A stretch of 64,000 nt of DNA from Antedon mediterranea. Taxonomy: Eukaryota; Animalia; Echinodermata. The stretch lies in contig NC_092672.1 in assembly GCF_964355755.1 (NCBI RefSeq), positions 2,666,001 through 2,730,000 on the forward strand. Reading direction: 5' to 3'. A program made the position numbers and the translations under genes. The notes below the pieces were generated by a model. The model was not told where the DNA came from. It searched no databases and saw nothing but the letters and a program-made list of their open reading frames with translations. Shown here piece by piece: positions 54,186 to 64,000 of the stretch. Position 1 is the stretch's first letter. Each line of letters begins with the position of its first letter.

Positions 54186-56083
54186 GTTCTTTGACGGCAC
54201 AGAGATTTTTGACCGTTGTAAATGACCAACATCCAGATGACCTTGAAGAAGTATCAAGACAATTATGGATAAGAATGTGGTCAAAGGTCAAGTAGTTTAA
54301 AACATTTATTTTTTCTATTATAATATAATTATATTAACTTACTTAAAATGTATATATCTAATTCTAAACTAACTAAATTTTCACCATATTAGTATGTTCC
54401 CAATTTTCAAACAATCAAACCCCAATGGAATATATAATTATCTTATTATTACATATACAAATATTATAATATTTTTTATATAACACCTAAATAAATTTCT
54501 GTCATTTGATTGGACGATTGTGGGTCACATGGCGTGCAATAGTACGCACTATTAAACGATCGTTTAATAGTACTTTTTGAAACATTTTTGTGTACGAAAA
54601 AAAAAACGTCTCGCAGATGAAAAAAAATCTAGTACACAAATTATCCTATGATATATGGCTCTGTACTGTGAAATACAACAGCGCCACCTGTCGTCTGGTC
54701 TCAGTTTCATTTGTAAACACCAACGCGAGATATGCAACAGCAGCAGATATTTGTGTACGATTTGGACATTATGTACTAATTTCATTCAAAGAGGCATTTA
54801 AATTAGCTTTAGATCGTTTTTAGGATTTTGATTAATTAATGGGGACATCCCTACAAGACGTGGAATTGTTGGAAAAACCATAATTAGCTTAGATAAGTTC
54901 CAATTGTCTGTCGAAGTTTTGCCTTTCAGCCAAGCTAGTACTAGGCTACTAGGTCTAGCCTACTAGGCCATGCTAGTATTAGGCTAGGCCTAGCCTAGGC
55001 GTGTTAGCCTTGCTAGGCCTAGGATTGTTTGGTCGTTTGTTGACATAATTAACACAAAAGTAGGTGTGTTTACGAAATCCAAATAAATATAACATTTAAT
55101 ATAAAATTATTAAAAACCAAATGTTATTGTTTTTAATCAATGTGTGTGAATGAAATGTAGTAAGCTTTGGCTAGGGCTACCTTTTATTTGATTCAAATAA
55201 CTAATTTATTTAGATGTTATATAAAACAAATAATGAATGTTTTGTATTCGTGTAATGGTACAAAGAATGGCACTTGGTGAATGATGAAAGGTTATATCAA
55301 CTCGGCGTTGCCTCGTTGATATAACCTTTCATCATTCACCTCGTGCCATTATTTGTACCATTACACTCATAAACATTCATTATTTGTATAATATTACATA
55401 TTTACAGGATGAAGATATTTCAGATCCCACATCCGTTCTTGAGGTATGTGAATATTGAACTTTCTTTTCATAAAACTTTTTTCAATCAAATTTACAAAAG
55501 ACTGAATTAATATTTTTGTTGAGTTGGATGAACATTTTAAATTTATTATTATATTACACCATATTTATTGTCATATCAAATCTACATCTTGAAATATTTT
55601 TAGGCAGCCCAGGCTGCTGGAATGTGAAAGGTCAAAGATCAATCAACAAAAGAACAGTTAAAAAGAATAACAGGCATTGCACTCAAGTAAGTAATTTTAT
55701 TTTTAAAATTAATTCAATTTACAGTATATATTGGCGAGTCTGTTGTATACAATTACATATTCAAATAAAAAATGTGATTTTAATTTGTAGGCATTTGGCG
55801 CACCATGGATATTAGCTTACAGTGATGGAGAAGTAAAGACATTTTGGGGTACAAATAAAATACCTCTTTTAGCTCATGTAATAGGTAAAAACGCATGCAA
55901 ATTATCAAATACTTGTAGTAGTAGGCATACGTATTTTAGTATTTTAAAATCACTGTATTATTATCAGTATTGTCATCATATCTTTGTCAATGTTTTCATT
56001 AGAAATTAATACTGTGATAATATTATTTTATACTTACAGGTGAAAAATGGGAAGGTCCATTAAAACCATCATCAAAATTATAG
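54186..56083 (+). pseudogene. 5'-truncated GSTK1 pseudogene (exons 4-8)
   Basis: Exon copies at 54186-54286, 55408-55443, 55604-~55686, 55791-55884, 56040-56083; no exons 1-3 seen; deletion creates ATG TGA stop in exon 6. Confidence 0.92.
54474..55395. mobile_element. Non-autonomous element with asymmetric inverted repeat and long terminal hairpin (Crypton- or Helentron-like)
   Basis: Absent from the paralogous intron (~31580); 54474-54495 inverted to 55205-55226; hairpin 55226-55387; TATAATATT direct repeat at both ends. Confidence 0.75.
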
Positions 56084-56769
56084 TCTGCTGCCCTCTACAT
56101 ATTTCAGCTTGTCAAATTTTTTATTTTAATCAAAAATTGTATCATGGTTTATATTTTGATTGCAGTTAATATTTGTTTTTATCTACCAATATTATCTTCA
56201 TGGAGGCTACTATCTTGAATTCATTACTACAAGACACCAGTTTAGGAAGTAATATTGTGAAACATTAATTATAACCTTTGAATACTGTATTAATATCAAT
56301 CATAGATGTTATAAACAAAATATATTTTTAAATGATGACTTTGTTGTAAAATATGGTGTAACAATAAAGTAAAAGAATTATCACGAGTTTATTTGCATAT
56401 AGTTGTTATTGGAATAGCTAAAATAAAAAAATGACAGAAATTAAATTTCGAGTAAGTTAGGTCCATCCCCCCAAACACCCTCCCTCGCCAAACCATTGTA
56501 TTCTCTCTATTATAACACTAAATCTGTGTTTTAACTTTAAAGTGATCTGAGCATCTCGGAAGTAGTAAATCAAAAACACTCCTTGTATTAGAATTATTAG
56601 GTTGTCATTTTGACTGAACTTATTACTGTTACAAACTGAACATAAAGCATTCCTTTATTATGCAAAATATTTAAAAAACAACATTTTTGTTTACTTCTGG
56701 TTTAATTGATTTCGAATTGATAGATTTTGAATGAAAGTTTTATAGTTTGTTTTTATGGGTTGCTACTAA

Positions 56770-56957
56770 AGCTCTGTCCACACTGAAGAGCAAGTGTGAT
56801 CAATTGTAAAGCTCTGTATTCACACTTTATGTGACAAAAAAATGTGATATGCCCATATACAGTATGGACATTTAATGATGTCATATCACTACCATATTTG
56901 GGCATATCGCTACCATATTTGGGCACATCACACTTTTTTGATAGTGTAGACAGAGCT
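56770..56957. mobile_element. Family B MITE (paralog of 33207-33343)
   Basis: Same TIRs, TAA TSD and flanks. Confidence 0.8.
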
Positions 56958-57451
56958 TAAGTTTGTTATATTTAGATTAAAAAAATGAAATGTGATTTTA
57001 GGTGACAAAGCGTGGACCTCGCTACCCCTACCACTGGACCTTCCCCTGATCACATGATTATGACATCATGGTCTCTGCAGGTTTATATTTGACATACTGT
57101 AGACATCAAATAATACTAAGAAAAGATAACATTTAATAAAACTTTATTAAAATAATAATTTTGACCTCAAGAAAAAGTTATTTTCTCGAGTCATTGGAAC
57201 AACATTCATAATAATTAACATTACTATCATAATCAACAATAATTACATATAAATATTCTAAAACTTAACAATAATATACAATACATAAGTATACACAGAT
57301 GGAAAATAAACGTACAGAACATATTATTACTTTAAAATGACAATTGTTATTTATTAATAATTATACTGCAAAGTAGATTATTAATATTATTATATTATTA
57401 AATGATTTAATATTTTATTTCTTATAACACATTAATATATAATACTATAGG

Positions 57452-60400
57452 CATTCATACACAACTATCACAATGTAATATGGCAGTATGCTCACTGTAT
57501 ACACATTCATACACAACTATCACATAATGTAATATTGCAGTATGCTCACTGCATACACATTCATACACAACTATCACATAATGTAATATGGCAGTATGCT
57601 CACTGTATACACATTCATACACAACTATCACATAATGTAATATGGCAGTATGCTCACTGTATACACATTCATACACAACTATCACATAATGTAATATGGC
57701 AGTATGCTCACTGTATACACATTCATACACAACTATCACATAATGTAATATGGCAGTAAGCTCACTGTATACACATTCACACACAACTATCACATAATGT
57801 AATATGGCAGTATGCTCACTGTATACACATTCATACACAACTATCACATAATGTAATATGGCAGTAAGCTCACTGTATACACATTCACACACAACTATCA
57901 CATAATGTAATATGGCAGTATGCTTACTGCATACACATTCATACACAACTATCACATAATGTAATATGGCAGTATGCTCACTGTATACACATTCATGCAC
58001 AACTATCACATAATGTAATATGGCAGTATGCTTACTGCATACACATTCATACACAACTATCACATAATGTAATATGGCAGTATGCTCACTGTATACACAT
58101 TCATGCACAACTATCACATAATGTAATATGGCAGTATGCTCACTGCATACACATTCATACACAACTACCACATAATGTAATATGGCAGTATGCTTACTGC
58201 ATACACATTCATACACAACTATCACATAATGTAATATGGCAGTATGCTCACTGCATACACATTCATACACAACTATCACATAATGTAATATGGCAGTATG
58301 CTCACTGCATACACATTCATACACAACTATCACATAATGTAATATGGCAGTATGCTCACTGCATACACATTCATACACAACTATCACATAATGTAATATG
58401 GCAGTATGCTCACTGTATACACATTCATACACAACTATCACATAATGTAATATGGCAGTATGCTTACTGCATACACATTCATACACAACTATCACATAAT
58501 GTAATATGGCAGTATGCTCACTGTATACACATTCACACACAACTATCACATAATGTAATATGGCAGTATGCTTACTGTACACATTCACACACAACTATCA
58601 CAAAATGTAATATGGCAGTAAGCTCACTGTATACACATTCATACACAACTATCACATAATGTAATATGGCAGTAAGCTCACTGTATACACATTCACACAC
58701 AACTATCACATAATGTAATATGGCAGTATGCTCACTGTATACACATTCACACACAACTATCACATAATGTAATATGGCAGTATGCTCACTGTATACACAT
58801 TCATACACAACTATCACATAATGTAATATGGCAGTATGCTCACTGTATACACATTCATACACAACTATCACATAATGTAATATGGCAGTATGCTCACTGT
58901 ATACACATTCATACACAACTATCACATAATGTAATATGGCAGTATGCTCACTGTATACACATTCATACACAACTATCGCATAATGCAATATGGCAGTATG
59001 CTCACTGCATACACATTCACACACAACTATCACATAATGTAATATGTCAGTATGCTCACTGTATACACATTCACACACAACTATCACATAATGTAATATG
59101 GCAGTATGCTCACTGCATACACATTCATACACAACTACCACATAATGTAATATGGCAGTATGCTCACTGCATACACATTCATACACAACTATCACATAAT
59201 GTAATATGGCAGTATACTCACTGCATACACATTCATACACAACTATCACATAATGTAATATGGCAGTATGCTCACTGTATACACATTCATACACAACTAT
59301 CACATAATGTAATATTGCAGTATGCTCACTGTATACACATTCATACACAACTATCACATAATGTAATATGGCAGTATGCTCACTGTATACACATTCACAC
59401 ACAACTATCACATAATGTAATATGGCAGTAAGCTCACTGCATACACATTCATACACAACTATCACATAATGTAATATGGCAGTATGCTCACTGCATACAC
59501 ATCCATACACAACTATCACATAATGTAATATGGCAGTATGCTCACTGTATACACATTCACAGACAACTATCACATAATGTAATATGGCAGTATGCTCACT
59601 GCATACACATCCATACACAACTATCACATAATGTAATATGGCAGTATGCTCACTGTATACACATTCACACACAACTATCACATAATGTAATATGGCAGTA
59701 TGCTTACTGTATACACATTCATACACAACTATCACATAATGTAATATGGCAGTATGCTCACTGTATACACATTCATACACAACTATCACATAATGTAATA
59801 TGGCAGTATGCTCACTGCATACACATTCATACACAACTATCACATAATGTAATATGGCAGTATGCTCACTGCATACACATTCATACACAACTATCACATA
59901 ATGTAATATGGCAGTATGCTCACTGTATACACATTCATGCACAACTATCACATAATGTAATATGGCAGTATGCTCACTGCATACACATTCATACACAACT
60001 ATCACATAATGTAATATGGCAGTATGCTCACTGCATACACATTCATACACAACTATCACATAATGTAATATGGCAGTATGCTCACTGCATACACATTCAT
60101 ACACAACTATCACATAATGTAATATGGCAGTATGCTTACTGTATACACATTCATACACAACTATCACATAATGTAATATGGCAGTATGCTCACTGTATAC
60201 ACATTCATACACAACTATCACATAATGTAATATGGCAGTATGCTCACTGCATACACATTCATACACAACTATCACATAATGTAATATGGCAGTATGCTCA
60301 CTGCATACACATTCATACACAACTATCACATAATGTAATATGGCAGTATGCTCACTGTATACACATTCATACACAACTATCACATAATGTAATATGGCAG

Positions 60401-61510
60401 TATGCTCACTGTATACACATTCACACACAACTATCACATAATGTAATATGGCAGTATGCTCACTGCATACACATTCACACACAACTATCACATAATGTAA
60501 TATGGCAGTATGCTCACTGTATACACATTCACACACAACTATCACATAATGTAATATGACAGTATGCTCACTGTATACACATTCATACACAACTATCACA
60601 TAATGTAATATGGCAGTATGCTCACTGTATACACATTCATACACAACTATCACATAATGTAATATTGCAGTATGCTCACTGTATACACATTCATACACAA
60701 CTATCACATAATGTAATATGGCAGTATGCTCACTGTATACACATTCATACACAACTATCACATAATGTAATATGGCAGTATGCTCACTGCATACACATTC
60801 ATACACAACTATCACATAATGTAATATTGCAGTATGCTCACTGTATAGGCCTACACATTCATACACAACTATCACATAATGTAATATGGCAGTATGCTCA
60901 CTGTATAGACATTCACACACAACTATCACATAATGTAATATGGCAGTATGCTCACTGTATACACATTCATACACAACTATCACATAATGTAATATGGCAG
61001 TATGCTCACTGCATACACATTCATACACAACTATCACATAATGTAATATGGCAGTATGCTCACTGCATACACATTCACACACAACTATCACATAATGTAA
61101 TATGGCAGTATGCTCACTGTATACACATTCATACACAACTATCACATAATGTAATATGGCAGTATGCTCACTGTATACACATTCACACACAACTATCACA
61201 TAATGTAATATGGCAGTATGCTCACTGTATACACATTCATACACAACTATCACATAATGTAATATGGCAGTATGCTCACTGCATACACATTCATACACAA
61301 CTATCACATAATGTAATATGGCAGTATGCTCACTGCATACACATTCATACACAACTATCACATAATGTAATATGGCAGTATACTCACTGCATACACATTC
61401 ATACACAACTATTACATAATGTAATATGGCAGTATGCTCACTGAATACACATTCACACACAACTATCACATAATGTAATATGGCAGTATGCTCACTGCAT
61501 ACACATTCAC
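57452..61510. repeat. 54-bp satellite array C (~75 units)
   Basis: Same consensus and flanks as array A but different private variants. Confidence 0.98.
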
Positions 61511-62461
61511 TACAAATGAAATATATCATATATATTTATTATTTATAAAATAAGTATATTTTATATTTATAAAATAAAATAGGCACTGGTTTAGGCCTAC
61601 TTTTGGTTTTCTGAAGATACAAACAAAATAATATTTTGTGAAAATTAATGTTTCATTGAAGAGTCAAGCATACAAGTGTCAGATAAATTGAACATATCAT
61701 ATAGGCCTAGGCCTAGGCCTATATTTAATCATATATTAGAAGGAAATAATTGTTTATAAGATTCATGTTTTAATGTAAAAGTCGAGTTGAGGCAGTCAGT
61801 AGTAGGCTAGTAAGTATGCCTAGCACAGGCAAACAAGGTATAAGTTCTAGACCTATTTAGGCTAGACCTAGGCCTACACAGTTTTTAGCTAGCTAGGCCT
61901 AGCCTAGTCTAGTCTCTAGAGAGAGCTTAACCTACTTTCTAGGCCGCCTAAATAAACTCATCATTTTTTAGGCATTGTTGCCTAGGCCTATGTTTTAGCC
62001 TACCTACTCTAGTAATAATATAGTGCTTGATGAACAATTTATACAGATTTTTGTTCTATGTGGCTGCAGACATTGAGTCAGATAGATCCAAATAAAATGA
62101 ACGAATTTGAAAATGAAAATCATAATTATATCTAGCTGCTGCAGCTGTTTTGATTACGCGTATGATGTAGACACGCGCACGACAAGGAAGCTGAATATGG
62201 ATGAATTTGATTATCACGACCAAATATATAACTAAATCAAAGTTTATTTCTTTAAAAACTACAATTTAAATAACAAATTATTACTAAACAATTTTTATAA
62301 CATGTCTATTAATTACATGTCATTTTTATCACAGATACAATTCTATTTTTTAATTACAATATTGACACTTAAGTACTGCGAATTTTACAAAATTAATGCG
62401 CTCTTTATATGAATTGAGACGTAGTACATACTACTGTAGTAGGCGGATGATGATCGTGAAA

Positions 62462-64000
62462 TTATTTATAATAGAACAATATTCTTCTCTTTAAACACTC
62501 TTCGGTCAAGTAATTGATTACATCACCTGATAGATTGCAATCCCGCATGTAAAGCTCCCTCAGCTTAGGACACATAATGAGTAATGAAGACAATGAATTA
62601 ACAATGTTGTGAAGGTTATTTCGAGAGATATCGAGAATATCTAATGGCAATTGAACTTGTTTGTGAGAACAGTCTGTACTCAAGTGATTGATGACATCAA
62701 CTGATAGATTGCAATCCCGCATGTAAAGCTCCCTCAGCAGCTTAGGACACATAATGAGAAATGAAGACAATGAATTAACATCAATGTTGTGAAGGTTATT
62801 ACCAGAGATATCGAGAATATCTAATGGCAATTGAACTTGTTTGTGAGAACATTCTGTACTCAAGTGATTGATGACGTCAACTGATAGATTGCAATCCCGC
62901 ATGTAAAGCTCCCTCAGCTTAGGACACATAATGAGAAATGAAGACAATGAATTAACATCAATGTTGTGAAGGTTATTACCAGAGATATCGAGAATATCTA
63001 ATGGTAATTGAATTTGTTTGTGAGAACATTCTGTACCCAAGTGATTGATGACGTCGCCTGATAGATTGCAATCCGGCATCCAAAGCGCCCTCAGCTTAGG
63101 AGACATAATGAGTAATGAACACATTAAATTAACATCAATGTTGTGAAAGTTATTACCAGGGATGTTGAGATAAGTTAATGCTAATTGAACTTGTTTGAGA
63201 GAACATTCTGTAACAAAGTGTTTGAATGCATCAGAGTCTCCTATTAGATTCTTAATAATCGTTCGTTCGTCACATTCAGCTATGGCTAAAATGTGTGCAA
63301 TTACTTTTCCCTTGCATTCCCCTGCCATCCTACCACTACTAAAACGCTCGATTTTTTCATCAAAATCCTCCATGCAATAAAGTTGCATAATCAGACGTAT
63401 GAAATGCCCATCACATTGTACATCTGGAAAAATGTGTTTAATAAACAATCTTATGGAATTAGCTATATCGTCCAAATGATTCTTTATTTCTAAATTTTGA
63501 ATGTGATTATTTAATTCATTTATCACATCATTTCTTTGTTTTTTAACAAAATTTAAATGAGCTGGTAGAGAACGGTATGTTGACAAATTATTTGTTATCC
63601 AATGCTTTAAAAATACATTAGCGTTAGCACCAAGGAAACCAATTGCAAACTCTCTTGCTTTGTATAAATACTCACTTTCTCTTATCACCTCCCATTCTTT
63701 ATCATCCAATGGTGCAAGTAATCGTTTTATATCTGTGTTACATCCACACTTCATACCTTTACTTTCACATAATTTACACTCACCCCATGTATTATCATCA
63801 AATGGTGTAAGTAGCCGTCTTACATCGTCTTCGCATTCAAACTTCAAACCTTCACTTTCACATAATTTGCTCAAGTACAGTCCTACCAATGACTCAACTA
63901 TCAACTTGTGGGGTGGCATGAAAACACTTTCAAAGTTAGATTTTAAAATTGGTGCTTCTTCGTAAACAAATCCAAGTTTGACGGCCATGTCAACCAAGTC
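62462..64000 (-). CDS. NLR-2, 3' part (post-NACHT helical domains and four LRR modules); 5' end lies beyond the window
   Basis: Open frame collinear with NLR-1 (LGFVYEEAPI, FMPPHKLIVESLVG, FAIGFLGANAN); intact C-terminus LTEECLKRRILFYYK*. Confidence 0.9.
   Translation of the reverse strand, partial: DLVDMAVKLGFVYEEAPILKSNFESVFMPPHKLIVESLVGLYLSKLCESEGLKFECEDDVRRLLTPFDDNTWGECKLCESKGMKCGCNTDIKRLLAPLDDKEWEVIRESEYLYKAREFAIGFLGANANVFLKHWITNNLSTYRSLPAHLNFVKKQRNDVINELNNHIQNLEIKNHLDDIANSIRLFIKHIFPDVQCDGHFIRLIMQLYCMEDFDEKIERFSSGRMAGECKGKVIAHILAIAECDERTIIKNLIGDSDAFKHFVTECSLKQVQLALTYLNIPGNNFHNIDVNLMCSLLIMSPKLRALWMPDCNLSGDVINHLGTECSHKQIQLPLDILDISGNNLHNIDVNSLSSFLIMCPKLRELYMRDCNLSVDVINHLSTECSHKQVQLPLDILDISGNNLHNIDVNSLSSFLIMCPKLLRELYMRDCNLSVDVINHLSTDCSHKQVQLPLDILDISRNNLHNIVNSLSSLLIMCPKLRELYMRDCNLSGDVINYLTEECLKRRILFYYK

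Larger units (their letters stand above)
54070..64000. repeat. Second unit of a ~23-kb tandem segmental duplication (paralogous to ~31033-42700)
   Basis: Collinear GSTK1 exons 4-8, 3' flank, MITE B, 54-bp satellite, NLR 3' flank and NLR coding sequence. Confidence 0.93.

Noticed and set aside
57455-61529. 985-aa, 379-aa and 259-aa repeat ORFs
   Set aside because: Same satellite; 2-bp deletion at ~58580 shifts the frame; open on both strands

Overview
AT-rich, intron-containing animal genomic DNA, probably from a marine invertebrate deuterostome such as an echinoderm (inferred from gene content and repeats, not verified). From left to right: a young, full-length CsRN1-type Gypsy LTR retrotransposon (230-5243); two 5-exon sigma-class GST genes, the first with a 5.6-kb 43-bp satellite in intron 2 that grew from a MITE end; CFAP107; NUDT8 head-to-head with GSTK1; then a ~23-kb tandem segmental duplication whose unit is [GSTK1 3' exons + 54-bp satellite + NLR immune receptor]. 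NLR-1 has a DED-DED / repeated phase-1 micro-exon linker / NACHT / 59-aa LRR-module architecture and a premature stop before its last LRR module. NLR-2 is cut by the window end. The very long 'HTAILHYVIVV' ORFs are satellite artefacts. Most notable: the diversifying DED-NLR array with cassette micro-exons, and a record of transposon excision footprints (P-like CATG..CATG with 7-bp TSD, TA>TAGGCCTA, TA>TACAGTA) shown by filled/empty site pairs inside this window. All gene models were read by eye from GT/AG sites and frame continuity; no database searches were run.
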